A program made the translations under genes and the position numbers. Shown here piece by piece: positions 24,232 through 44,371 of a stretch of DNA of 64,000 nucleotides. The stretch's first letter is position 1, and the number at the start of each line of letters is the position of its first letter. Source of the DNA: the human T2T-CHM13v2.0 reference genome, Homo sapiens; assembly GCF_009914755.1 (NCBI RefSeq), contig NC_060943.1, one strand, 5' to 3'. The notes below the pieces were generated by a model. It did not search any database. It saw nothing but the letters and a program-made list of their open reading frames with translations, and was not told the DNA's origin.

Positions 24232-25539
24232 GTAAGGAAGGGGAGAAGAAAGGGGAGAGGGGAGTTTTGGGCAGGGGCCTAATGGTGGGGGTTGAGGGAG
24301 AACCTTTGCCTTTGGCTGCGGAAACAGGCAGCCATCAGCAAAGCTGCTCCCGGAATAACAGGTTGTTCTGGCACTGCCCAAATGGAAATATTTCGGGATA
24401 AGGGATTGCTGGGGAAAGCCAGAATTTATGGAGTGAAGGAAAGAGACTCTGGACCAGACAGTGCCTGGGCAGGAGCTTGGGGGCAATTTTCTGGACTCCA
24501 TGGAGTATCTGGCACTTGGGGAGTAGCTGGGATTTAGGGAGTAGCTGGGATTTGAGGAGTAGCTGGAAAGAATCATTGCCTATAGAGCAACTGGGTTTGT
24601 GGGGGAGCTGAAGCCAGGCAGGAATTTTGGGGGATCACCTGAGGGTATGTGGAGGAGCCAGAGAAAACAGTCTGAAGAGAAGTCAATAGTAGCATAAGAA
24701 TGATTGGATCCTGTGAAGAAGAAGCTGGAGTTGGTGGAGGATGGGCAAGGGAGGAACTGGACTTTAGGGGAATTGCTACTGTTCAGAATAGAGCTGGAGA
24801 AAGAGGCTAAAAGTATGAGGAAGTCATTGTGGTCAGGAATATCTAGAGAGAAGGAAGTTAGGGAGTAGCTGGGGTCATGAGGATAAGCTAGGGCCTAAGG
24901 GGAAGTTATGGTTCTATGGGGATCTAAATTTTCCTGGGTGCACCTGGGATTGGTGAGAGTTTTAGGGAGAAGCAGAAGATATAGGGAGTTGTCATTGGAG
25001 TTGCTGAGATTTGAGAGAGAGAGAGAGATCATCCTTGGGAAAGGACCTGGATAATTTGTGGTGTGGGGAGTAGCTGAGATCAGGGAGGAGCAGACCTGGA
25101 GAAGACGTGTATAGAGGTTCATCTTGTATCTGGAGAGGAACTGAGATATAACAAAGATCAGTTGTGATCTGGGAGGGGCGAGAGTATGAGGAGAAGCTGA
25201 AGCTCATGGAATAGCTGCATTGGGTGAAGGAGTAGCTGAGATGGCAAGAACCTGGATCTGGGGCCTGGGGAGGATCTCAACTCTGGAGAGAATCTGGATT
25301 GTGTACAGAGCTGAAGCCAAGGGGTATCCCAATTCAGAGGGTTCCTGGAGAGTGTGATGGAGGTTTGAGGAACACCTGGATTCCAGGAGGAGCTGAGGCC
25401 TGGAGAGTATCTGGCTTGGGGAATGCCTTGGGGGAACTTCTGGCCTCAGCAGTAGCTGAGGCCTGGGAGAACCTGCCTTCCACGTGGAGTTGGGGTCTGG
25501 ATAGAATCTGGATTCAGAGAGCAAGAGGAGGGAGTCTTG

Positions 25540-28680
<3,141 letters not shown>

Positions 28681-28749
28681 TGAGTCCCCTCCGTCTGCCC
28701 CCATCCCACTTCTGACCGGTCCCACTGTCACTCTGCCCCCCGACCCCAG

Positions 28750-28838
28750 GCCTCCTGTCCTTCTACAATGCCCGCACCAAACAAGTGCTGCACACTTTCA
28801 AGACCAGGTTCACACAGCCGCTGCTGCCTGCTTTCACG
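28750..28838 (+). CDS. FSD1: FSD1 exon 12
   Basis: GLLSFYNARTKQ...LPAFT; AG/GT; 89 nt. Confidence 0.95.
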
Positions 28839-28934
28839 GTGAGCTGCCCTCCGCGGCCCAGGGGGAGGAGAGGGTGGTGCTGGGCGCTGGGGTTTGAAGC
28901 TGAGCCCCTCCCCCCTCCCCCCGCTGTCCCTCAG

Positions 28935-29045
28935 GTATGGTGTGGCAGCTTCCAGGTGACGACAGGCCTGCAGGTCCCCAGTGCTGTGCGCTGCCTGCAA
29001 AAGCGAGGCAGTGCTACCAGCAGCTCCAACACCAGCCTCACCTAG
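28935..29045 (+). CDS. FSD1: FSD1 last coding exon
   Basis: VWCGSFQV...NTSLT followed by TAG. Confidence 0.95.
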   Translation, partial: VWCGSFQVTTGLQVPSAVRCLQKRGSATSSSNTSLT

Positions 29046-29218
29046 GCCCCCAGGCACCCACCCAGCTGGGGTGTTTTTGGGGGAGTCGCCGCCAAGCCCA
29101 GGCTGCTGGAGCCAGGCACCCTCCTCTGTCACTTGCTGCTTGGAGCCTTAACTCCAGATGGGGGGGTCACCAAGAGGGAGTGGGCACCCTGGCGGGCCCT
29201 CTCCCCACCTCACCTCTT

Positions 29219-29224
29219 AATAAA
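29219..29224 (+). terminator. FSD1 polyadenylation signal AATAAA
   Basis: Canonical hexamer ~175 nt after the stop; GT-rich sequence downstream. Confidence 0.85.
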
Positions 29225-29459
29225 GGTCAGACACTGGCCAGGCGAGGCCGCGGTGCTGGTTCTTTGGGCCTGGGTGTGGCACCGGGACCTCATCCTTCCC
29301 AGCTGTAAAATGGGCTTTTCTCACAGAATATGGTGGTAGATTTCACTGAGCTGAGGGTCACTGGGAGTAAATGGGGCCATCCGTAGGCAGACATCTGACG
29401 GACCCCTCGTCCCCTAATCCCCCAAGCCAAGCCAGACACATGGGTCCTGGGGTCAGAGT

Positions 29460-29465
29460 TTTAAT
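29460..29465 (-). terminator. STAP2 polyadenylation signal ATTAAA
   Basis: Variant hexamer ~70 nt after the STAP2 stop. Confidence 0.75.
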
Positions 29466-29534
29466 CCTGGGAAAAAGAATCTGGCCGCTGGGCCATGCCC
29501 TGGGACTAGCCCGCTGGTCCCTGGTGTGTCCGAA

Positions 29535-30582
<1,048 letters not shown>

Positions 30583-30616
30583 TCAGGTGAGGGTGGGATA
30601 TGGGGGGGACCCCAAC

Positions 30617-30709
30617 CTGGCTTGGGTCCAACGGGTGGCTTTGGAAGCTTGGCAGGAGGCTTTGGCAACTTCTTTGGCTTCAGGATGACTGGCCAACTAG
30701 AGGAAGCCA
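30617..30709 (-). CDS. STAP2: STAP2 exon 11
   Basis: [19 protein letters not shown]...GPKP; AG/GT. Confidence 0.95.
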
Positions 30710-30796
30710 CTGCGTGGACAAAAGTGTAACATGTCACATCAGCTGTTAACCTGTTTCCCCAACCCCCAGCTCTCAGCAGCTCTGTTCCCCACCCAC

Positions 30797-30946
30797 CATC
30801 TTGGTTCTCATAGTCAACAGCTGGGCCATCTCCAATAGGGGTCACGTAGTTCTCTTCCTGGTTCGGTAGTGGGGGCAGTGGGGGCAGCTTGTCCTGGCTA
30901 GACGCAGGTGACAGCGGCTTGGGGCCACCTGTGCAGGGTGCAGGAC
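30797..30946 (-). CDS. STAP2: STAP2 exon 10 (Pro-rich; YENQ, a YxxQ STAT3-type motif)
   Basis: GPAPCTGG...AVDYENQD; AG/GT. Confidence 0.95.
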
Positions 30947-30950
30947 CTGA

Positions 30951-31154
<204 letters not shown>

Positions 31155-31170
31155 TGAGGTCAGGGGTTCA

Positions 31171-31419
<249 letters not shown>

Positions 31420-32342
31420 CTAGATAAGTTAAAGTGCAACGTTTGTACACACACACCTGTTGTGTGTATACGTGTGTGACTGCACGCCTGCTGAGGTGGC
31501 TGCTTTAGTCCTTGTCTACATGAGTGCGTTTTGCCCGTGTATCTACACGTGTCCGAGTTTGTGCCGGTGCACGGACGTATCTGCATTTATGTGTACACAT
31601 GTGATTGTGGCATGACACAGGTGTATCTGTGCTACATAGCATTTGTATGTGACTGGAATTGGGGCACACGTGTATTTATGCATGTGTGATCTGTTGTGCC
31701 CGCACAAGTGTGTGTCACCTTCTGGCTAGGCAGGTGGCCACAGTTGCATGGATCATGCATGTGTAATGTGTGTGTGGATGTGGCACTTGGGGGTCCTTGC
31801 ATACGCCCAGACCAGGGAAGACCAGACAACCCACGCTACATTCCTTTCTAGTGTGTTCTCTGCCTCCTCTTCCCACTCCATAAACAGGACCGATTTCCAC
31901 CTCTTTCCCAACACCCACCCGGATTCTCGGTCCCTGTGGGGCTACTGCTTGTCCGGGTGTACCCTCTGACCCCTCAATGCCCATTTCTACCTAAGGAGAT
32001 CCTTTGGGACCATCTGCAAAGACCCACTCTTCTGGGAAGCTTTCCCTGCTCTGCCCCCATCTTCTCCCGAACTCTAGGCGCCTCCCCCGAGCCCAGGTTT
32101 TTCCTCCACCCCAAATTCAACCCTACAGGATGAGAGTGTCTGTGTTTAGCTCTGTCCCAAGCTGGGACCCCCGCCCCCTCCCCCACACACACACCCTGAC
32201 GGCAGGGTCTGAGTCATTTCTGTCCCTGCAACTTTGGGAACATCAGATGCAGGAGGTGCAGCCACCAAACTGACTGAGGGGGCGTGGCTGAATGCGGGGT
32301 CCTCGATCCCTCCCACCTCGGCCCGCGGGAAGGGGGCGTCAC

Positions 32343-32408
32343 CTGGGCCCGGAGCGGAGGGCGCCACCCACACATTCTCGCCATTCTCCTTATCGGCTTC
32401 CACGTAGC
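32343..32408 (-). CDS. STAP2: STAP2 exon 9
   Basis: GYVEADKENGENVWVAPSAPGP; AG/GT. Confidence 0.95.
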
Positions 32409-32524
32409 CTGGAACAGAGAGGGCGGCCTGGAGGAAGCGCGGCGGCCAGGGGCGGCCCGGTCCGTCCGAGCGGGGGCGGGAGAGGTGAGCACTGGGCCCC
32501 CGAACTCCCCGAAGGGGCACCCAC

Positions 32525-32627
32525 CTAGCACCTTCTCGTAGTCCTCGTCTAACAGGAATGGCACCAGCGCCTTTTTGGTATGCGACACGAAATAGTTGAC
32601 CACGGCGTCCAGGGAGGTGCAAGAGAA
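32525..32627 (-). CDS. STAP2: STAP2 exon 8
   Basis: FSCTSLDAVVNYF...DEDYEKVL; AG/GT. Confidence 0.95.
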
Positions 32628-32716
32628 CTGGGGGCAGATGGGGGAGCGGTCAGGCTGCTGGAGAAGGGACGCGGACCCCACAAAGTCACTTCTAGGGACT
32701 CTGGCCCAACGCTCAC

Positions 32717-32786
32717 CGGCTGTTCCACATCGATCACGTACTTGGGGCCCTCCCGCTTCACCTTGTAATGCCGGACCACGTGCGTC
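32717..32786 (-). CDS. STAP2: STAP2 exon 7
   Basis: THVVRHYKVKREGPKYVIDVEQP; AG/GT. Confidence 0.95.
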
Positions 32787-33619
32787 CTGCACCAGGAGAA
32801 AGCGAGTGAGTGGCTCAGCCCAGGCTCCCACACCGCCCCTCAGGGAAGGCCCCGCCCCAACTCCAGGCTCCGCCTCCAATAGAAACAGGTCCATACTGGC
32901 TCCGCCCCCACAGAAGGCCCCGCCACTGACTGGTTCCACCCCATAAAGGACCTAAGCCCCGTTGACCTCCCGGAGCACTGACTGCCCGATCCCAGCACTG
33001 CTCCCAGCGGGGACCAGGCCCGACCGACCCACCCCCACAGAAGACCCCACCTCTAGTCTTGGCACCACCTCCAGCGAGGGACCAGGCCAGACTGACAACA
33101 CCCTAGGAAAGGTCCGCCCCTAATTCTGGCACCGCGCCTAGGGAGAACCAGGCCCTAAAGACCCCGCCCCAGGTAGGCCCCGCCCCCTGTAATGGCTCCA
33201 CCCCCAGGCACCGACTCTACCTTCTACATCGCCTTGCCCAACCCTGGACTGGGCTTGAGAATTTGGCATAAGGCTCTGACTTCGCCCCCAGGGTGGCTCC
33301 GCCTCCATAGCCCTACTCAACTTCCAAAAAGGATCACGGCCATGACTCCCCCCCGTAGATCCTGACGCTGCCCAAAGAGCCCATTCCCATCCCTGGATTT
33401 GACTTCATCCCCTCCAGTGGCCCAGACCTGGCCCCTGCGTACCTGACGTTCCGGAGGGGCCGATCCTAACCTAGGAGTCTGACTCCACCTACAGGGAGTC
33501 CCAGCTCCTAACCCAAGACCTGGCTCTTCCTGCAAAGGAGTCGGCCTGGGCTCTACCTTCTTCCCTAGGCATTAACCCCATACCTGGGGCAAGGCCAGCC
33601 TCAGGATCCCACGACCCCG

Positions 33620-33900
33620 GAGCTCTGATCCCGCCCCCAGCCCTCCCTGCCCAGCTCTGACTCCGCCCCCATGCTCCCCTGCCTAGCATTGACTCCACCC
33701 CTCCCCCAGCCCGCCCACCCCAGCTCTGACTCCGCCCCAACACGCCCAGCGTAGCTCTGATTCCGCCACCAGTGTACTCTGCTCAGCTCTGACTCCACCC
33801 GCCCCAGCTCGCCCAGCCCAGCTCTGACTCCTCCCCCAATCCGCCCAGCTCAGCTCTGACTCCGTCCCCAGACGCCCGTCTCGGCTCTGGCTCCGTCCCC
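33620..33900 (+). repeat. ~32-bp C-rich tandem repeat (CAGCTCTGACTCCGCCCC core) in STAP2 intron 6
   Basis: Core recurs about 9 times. Confidence 0.85.
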
Positions 33901-34010
33901 TGGCCTACCCACTAGCGGGTCGGACTCCGCCCCTGCTTCTGACCACGCCCCCGCGCCCACCCTCTTCCCACCCTCCTCCCACCCAGGGCTCTCCAGACGC
34001 GCATGCGCAC

Positions 34011-34145
34011 CCGTTGTGCATCTGCCGCGTGGTGACCGACACGCCGTCGGCGCCGTCCCCGCTGGGCCGCAGCAGCAGGTTCCCGCACTCGGGGTAGCGC
34101 TCCAGGAGCAGTTGTGCCTCCAGCCGGCTCACCTTCAGGAAGCAC
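34011..34145 (-). CDS. STAP2: STAP2 exon 6 (SH2-like domain)
   Basis: CFLKVSRLEAQLLL...GNLLLRPS...QMHNG; AG/GT. Confidence 0.95.
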
Positions 34146-34355
34146 CTGTGGCGGGCCGCGTCACCCACTCGGGACCCCGGAGACCAAGTCCGCTCTTCCG
34201 CACGTAAACCCTGCCTCCTCTGAGACCCAGCCCCATCCCCATCCCCTAGGCCCAGGAGACCCTGCCCTGCTCTCCAGACCCAGGCCCCTCCCACGGAGAC
34301 CCAGTCCGGCCTTCCAGGCTCCTAGTTTTTGTGGGGTTTTTTGTTTTTTTTTTGA

Positions 34356-34712
<357 letters not shown>

Positions 34713-35296
34713 TGACAGGCGCGAGCCACCGCGGCCAGCCAGGCTCTTAATTCTGGCCCCGGAGATGCAGCTCCAACCCCTAGGGAGACCCAGCCCTGCC
34801 TCGTAGGCACCTAGAGCCTCCCCTGGAGATCCTGTCCCGCCCTCCAAACACCTAGACCTTACCCTGGAGGCCCTGCCCGCCTCCCTGATCACCAAGAACC
34901 GCCCACAAAGACGATGCTCCGCCCCCCATCCAGGCCCCGCCTCTAGGGTCCCGGTTACCCTCTCCGACAAATAACTCCTCCCCGGAGACGAAGCATCACC
35001 TTCTAGACACCTAGACTGACCACCCCCAGACCCTGTCCCTACTCCTCAGGCCTAGGCCCCGCCACTGAAGACCTTACCAGTCCTCTAGGCCCCTAGACCC
35101 GCTCCTGGAGATCCTGCCCTGCCTCCCCAGCATGGGCCATAACTCCCCCTCCCCCTCCCCCACCCCCAGCCCCAAGGCAGTCCTCATGCAAAATCCAAGA
35201 CCCAACTCCAGGGGACCCAACTCACCGCCCACCCTCAGCCACACAACCACCTCCCGTCCCCATCCTGCAGCCCCTCGGGACAGGCGGGACACTCAC

Positions 35297-35397
35297 GAGG
35301 GTGTCTCCAGTGCACGGCGCGCCTCCTCTTTGGCCAAGACTTCAGACATCATGTATAGGTGCCCAGGAAGCAGGGTCAAGTCGGTCGGGACACGGAG
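35297..35397 (-). CDS. STAP2: STAP2 exon 5
   Basis: LRVPTDLTLLPG...ALETPS; AG/GT. Confidence 0.95.
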
Positions 35398-35492
35398 CTG
35401 AGGGGCGATCGAGGGACAGTGACTGCACCTGGCCAGCCGGGAATGGACGGCTGTGCCCAAGTCACAGAGTGGCAAATTGAGGCCAGAGCTCA

Positions 35493-35708
<216 letters not shown>

Positions 35709-36037
35709 TTAGCCGGGCGTGGTGGCAGACACCTGTAATCCCAGCTACTCGGGAGGCTGGGGCAGGAGAATCACTTGAACCTGGGAAGGCGGAGGCTGCA
35801 GTAAGCCAAGATCACGCCATTGCACTCCAGCCTGGGTGACAGAGTGAGACTCCGTTCCCCGCTCCCCAACCCCACCAAAAAAAAAAAAAAAAGTAGATGC
35901 TGGAATCTAGGGTCTCAAACTAAAGTCTGCAGGGGCCAGGCAGGTCTCAAACTCAATGGCCTGCCAGGGTGAGGTAGGAAACAGGGAAATCAGAGGGAAA
36001 TCAGGAAGGTAGACTAAAATTCCCGGTTGATAAATGA

Positions 36038-36286
<249 letters not shown>

Positions 36287-36356
36287 TGATCTGCCAGCCT
36301 CGGCCTCCCAAAGTGCTGGGATTACAGGCGTGAGCCACCGCGCCTGGCCAATGTCA

Positions 36357-36512
<156 letters not shown>

Positions 36513-36520
36513 TTAAATTA

Positions 36521-37055
<535 letters not shown>

Positions 37056-37081
37056 TCAGGAGACAGAGACCATCCTGGCTA

Positions 37082-37710
<629 letters not shown>

Positions 37711-37879
37711 TAGACATGAGGGTCTCGCTTTGTTGCCAGGCTGGTCTTGAACTCCTGGGCCCAAGCTATCCTTCTGCCTTGGCGTCCCAAAGTGCTCAGA
37801 TTACAGGCATGAGCCACCATGCCTGGCTGATATTATGATTTTTGATGTTATTATATCAACATTTGAAAAACATAGATCA

Positions 37880-37999
<120 letters not shown>

Positions 38000-38211
38000 C
38001 TACAAAAAAATAAAATATTAGCCAGGCATAGTGGCATGTGCTTGGCTGAGGTAGGAGGATCGATCGCTTGAGCCCGGGAGGTCGAGGCTGCAGTGAGCTA
38101 TGATCTCACTACTGCACTCCAGCCTGGGCGACGAGCAAGACCCTGTCTCAAAATAAAATAATAAATAAAATAAAATAATAGAAAAACATAGATCAGTTCC
38201 CAGACCTCTCA

Positions 38212-38919
<708 letters not shown>

Positions 38920-39016
38920 CTACCTGCCCCTTCGTGGTTGGCACAATGGAGGGTAGGAGCATTTGAGCATCTTCTGCAAGCACCGCCCCTCCGCACCCCT
39001 CCAGCAAGGGACCTAC

Positions 39017-39139
39017 CTTGAACTTGATCTCCTGATTCCGGAGAATCAGGCTGAAGTGGGTGCCAGGGTCACGTGAGCTTCCCCAGGGAATCTCATCTGT
39101 GAGTTTCTCAAATGCTCCCAAGTTGAGCTTCTCCACGTG
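39017..39139 (-). CDS. STAP2: STAP2 exon 3 (PH domain)
   Basis: HVEKLNLGAF...EIKFK; AG/GT. Confidence 0.95.
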
Positions 39140-39295
39140 CTGGGGGCATAGAAGCAGGGGATCTGGGCACCAGTTCCTTGGCCTCCAGGCCCCCTGGATG
39201 ATGTAGCAGCCACCTTGACCACACCATCTACATTGTCTGCTTGGTCTCTGGGCTCAAGGGAAGGCCTGCTCTGGAGCCTCCATTCCCATCCTTAC

Positions 39296-39367
39296 CTGGA
39301 AGTCCCGATTGCTATTGTAGAAATAAATGGTGAGACCCTGCAGGCCTGCCCAGAACTTCTTGTAATC
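39296..39367 (-). CDS. STAP2: STAP2 exon 2 (PH domain)
   Basis: DYKKFWAGLQGLTIYFYNSNRDFQ; AG/GT. Confidence 0.95.
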
Positions 39368-39699
39368 CTAGGGACCAGAAGTGCAGAAAGAAGAGGTGAG
39401 CTGGCCAAGCTGAGTGCCTTTCATGTACTCAATCCTGTCTCGGGGCCTTTGCACTGGTTGTGCTCTCTGCCCCACGCTGCCCCCAGATCTTTATTACCTC
39501 CTGCCTTGAGTTTCTGATCAAATGTACCTTCTCAGGGAGATCCTCCCCACCCATGGCCCAGCTTCTGGGTGTCTGTTTTCGTCTGAGAAAGGACCAGACG
39601 GAACCTCGATGTGATGAGGGATTCAGAGCAACCCCTGCCAATCTATAGAGATGGGTGCTCTAGGGGTAAGTTAACTAACTGGTTTAATGGTATCCCATT

Positions 39700-41010
39700 C
39701 ATCTTTCATCATCCAGCTACCCACTAGTCATCTATCTATCATCCATCTGTCCATCCGCCCACCCACCCATTCATCCATCCACCTACCATTGACCCATCCA
39801 TTCACCCATTCATCCATCCATCCATCTGCCCACCATCCATCCACCAATCCGTCCACCCACCCACCCATCCACACATCCATCCATCCAGTTATTCATCCAC
39901 CCACCCACCCATTCATCCATCCACCTACCATTTACCCATCCATTCATCCATTCATCTATCCATCCACCCACTCATCCATCCGTCCATCACCCCCATCCAT
40001 CCATCTATCCATCATGGAGCCATTCATCATCCATCCATCCAGTCATTCATCAATACCTACATCACCCACCATCCATCCAGTCATCCATCCACCCACACAT
40101 CCATCTGTCCACCCATCCATCCATCCCTCCATCATCCATCCATTCATCTATCCATCCACCCACTGTCCATCATCCATCCACCCACTCATCCATCCATCCA
40201 CCCATCCATCCATCCGTCCATCCATCCACCCACTCATCCATCCACCCACTCATCCATCCATCCACTCATCCATCCACCCACTCATCCATCCATCCACTCA
40301 TCTATCAATGCATCCCTCCATCCATCCACCTACTCATCCATCCATCCACCCATCCATCCATCCCTCCATAATCCATCCATCCATCCACTCACCGTCCATC
40401 ATCCATCCACCCACTCATCCATCCACCCACTCATCCATCCACCCACTCATCAATCCATCCACCCATCCATCCACCTATCCATCCATCCCTCCATCATCCA
40501 CCCACCATCTATCATCCATCCACCCACTCATCCATCCACCCACTCATCCATCCATCCATCCATACATCCATCCACTCATCTATCAATGCATCCCTCCATC
40601 ATCCATCCACCTACTCATCCATCCATCCCTCATCCATCCATCATCCATCCATCCACTCATCCCTCCATCATCCATCCACCTACTCATCCATCCATCATCC
40701 ATCCATGCATTCATCCATTCACCATCCACCCACCCACGCATCTTCCCGTTCATCCATCCATACATCCCTCCATCGTGCATCCACCTATTCATCCATCTAT
40801 CATTCATCCATGCACTTGTTCATCCATCCATCATCCACCCACCCACCCGTCTGCCCACTCATCCATCCATCCACTCCCCCATCCATCCATCCACCCACTT
40901 GTATATGCACTCATCCATCCACCCACACATCCTGTCAGCCACCATCAAGCCCGCATGTATTCACCAAGCCTCCACTCATCCCCCCATCTACCCATCCACC
41001 TGTTCATCCG
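39700..41010 (+). repeat. (TCCA/CATC)n simple repeat in STAP2 intron 1
   Basis: ~1.3 kb of catccatcc variants. Confidence 0.97.
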
Positions 41011-42041
41011 TAGACACAAGCACAGATACACACATGCATTTACCTAACATTTACTGAAGGCTTTTTATGTGCCAGCCCTGCTCCAGGCACTGGGACTAGA
41101 GCAATACAGGATTAAACACTGTATTGCTTCATTATGTACCCACGATGTGCTGTTGGGCAAGTTATTTGAGCTGTCTTTGTCTGTTTCCCCAGCTGTAAAA
41201 TGGTGATAATAATGGTGCCAACTCTGGAGGATCTCATGAGAATTAGGTGACTTTCCACATGGGAAGCACCAGGGCCTGCGTTGAGTCAAGTCCTCAACAC
41301 GTGAACTGTGACTACAGCCCTAACTCCCTATTTCAGAAGACAGAAAACTAAGGCTCAAAGATTAAGTCACTTGCATAAGGCCTGGGAGTAAGGAAAGTGT
41401 GGAGCCGGGATTAGAACCTGGGTCTTCTTAATTCGGGCCCATGATCTTTTTTGTTTTGTTTTGTTTTGTTTTTAAGAGACAGAGTCTTGCTCTGTCGCCC
41501 AGGCTGGAGTGCAGTGGTGCGATCTCGGCTCACTGCAACCTCCACCTCCCAGTTCGAGCCATTCTCCTGCCTCAGCTTCTCAAGTAGCTGGGATTACAAG
41601 TGCGCACCACCACATCCAGCTAATTTTTGTATTTTTTAGTAGAGGTGGGGTTTCACTATATGTTGGCCAGGGTGTTCTCGAACTCCTGACCTCAAGTGAT
41701 CCGCCGGCCTCGCCCTCCCAAAGTGTTGGGATTACAGGCGTGAGCCACTGCACACTGCCTTTTTTTTTTTTTTTTTTTTTTGAGACAGAGTCTCACTCTG
41801 TCACCTAGGCTGAAATGCGGTGGCACCATCTCAGCTCACTGCAACCCCCCCGCCCCAGTTCAAGCAATTCTCCTGCCTCAGCCTCCCGAGTAGCTGGGAT
41901 TACAGGTGCACACCACCACGCCCAGCTATTTTTATTTTTAGTAGAGATGGGGTTTCATCATGTGGCCAGGCTGGTCTTGAACTCCTGACCTCAAGTGATC
42001 CTCCCACCTCGGCCTCCCAAAGTGTTGGGTTACAGGCGTGA

Positions 42042-42242
<201 letters not shown>

Positions 42243-42245
42243 TAA

Positions 42246-42395
<150 letters not shown>

Positions 42396-42668
42396 TAACT
42401 GCAGTGATCTACTGGCTCTAAAGGGTTTGTTGGTTGGGGAGGATTTGGATGTATGGAGGTAGAAGGAAAGTCTACTCCACTACAGGTAAGGGAACCTCAG
42501 GGGCAGAGGCGGGGACATGGGCAGGGAGGAGCTGGGGGTGTTTGTTTTGATCTGTATTAGAAAATGAGGCAGTCATGGTGGCTCACACCTCTAATCCCAG
42601 CAGTTTGGGAGGCTGAGACAGGAGGATCACTTAAGGCCAGGAGTTTGAGACCAGCCTGGGCAACATAG

Positions 42669-43034
<366 letters not shown>

Positions 43035-44096
43035 TAATCCCAGCATTTAGAGAGGCCGAGACAGGTGGATCACCTGAGGTCAAGAGTTCAAGACCAGCCG
43101 GGCCAACAAAATGAAACACTGTCTTTACTAAAAATACAAAAATTAGGTGTGGTGGTGCGTACCTGTAATCCCAGCTACTCGGGAGGCTGAGGCACGAGAA
43201 TCGCTTAATCGTTTGAACCTGGGAGGTGGAGGTTGCAGTGAGCCGAGATGGTGCCACTGCACTGCAGCCTGGGTGACAGAGTGAGACTCAGTCTCAAAAA
43301 TAAATAAATAAAATAAAAGCCAGAAGAGGCAGTGCATGCCTGTGGTCCCAGCTACTCAGGAGGCTGGGGCGGGAGGTTCACTTGAGCCCAGGAGTTTGAG
43401 GCTACAGTGAGCCATGATCGTGCCCCTGCACTCTAGCCTGGGTGACAGAGCAACTCTGTCTCTAACAAAAAGAAAGAAAGAAAATGAATATGCGGCATTG
43501 GGAAGGAGAGATAGGGCCTCACGGGGAACGGAGGGGCTGGGACTTTATTCTGAGGGAGACATAAGCACACACACACACACACATGCACGCACTGTCCATG
43601 GCAACTATCTGTCCTGTGGAATGTGGCCCCCGCTAGCTCTTACTGTCCTCACATGTCACCTGTCCTGGCCTTCGCCCCAGCAGCTGAGGTTCACGGAGTT
43701 TTTCCTGGGCTGGGAGCGGGAGGAAGCTCGGGAGTCAGAGGACTCCCCATTTCCTGGAGGAAGTCCCTGATCTTGTTTGTATTCAAGAGAGTGAACGAGA
43801 GACAAAAGCAAAGATTGAGACAAAGAGAGAGGGAGACTGAGACAGACATCGGGAGAGACAGACGGGGCCAGGGAGAGAGAAAGAGAAAAAGAAACCAAAT
43901 TCAAAGACACACGGAGACAGAGATAGACGCACAGAGAGGCAGATGGCCAGAACCCACCCCAGTCCCCCAGCACGTGTCCTGCCCCATCCAGCACCCACCC
44001 CGCCCCCCCTTGGCGAGTGGGGAGACAGGGACTCAGAGAGGTGCCGCAGCTCCCCACGGTGGCCCAGCAGGGCCAGCCCCCGCCTCCCCACCTTAC

Positions 44097-44198
44097 CCGG
44101 TCACAGGGCCCCTTCTTCTCTAGAAAGCTCTCATAGTAGTGTGAAGGCAGGACACCCTTAGGCTTGGGGACACGGGGTGGCCTCAGGGCAGAGGCCAT
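44097..44198 (-). CDS. STAP2: STAP2 coding exon 1
   Basis: MASALRPPRVPKPK...PCDR; GTAAGG donor; 13 exons total 1212 nt = 403 aa + stop. Confidence 0.96.
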
Positions 44199-44279
44199 GA
44201 CGGAGCCAGGGTCTTCCGCCTGGCCTCTCCTTCCAGTGGGTGCCCCAGCTGGGCCGGGAAGCTGAGAAACAGGTTTCAG

Positions 44280-44371
44280 GGGAGTTTCCTGTGTCAGCCC
44301 GTCAACTCCCTCCCCTGCCAGGGCTGGGCAGAGGCTGATCCCAGCAGGTCCAGTGATCCTAGGGAAATCCC
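44280..44371 (-). promoter_or_regulatory. STAP2 proximal promoter with two NF-kB consensus sites
   Basis: GGGAGTTTCC 44280-44289 and GGGAAATCCC 44362-44371, 80-170 nt upstream of the ATG. Confidence 0.6.

Noticed and set aside
39687-41057. 456-aa His/Pro/Ser/Ile ORF
   Set aside because: Product of the (TCCA)n simple repeat.
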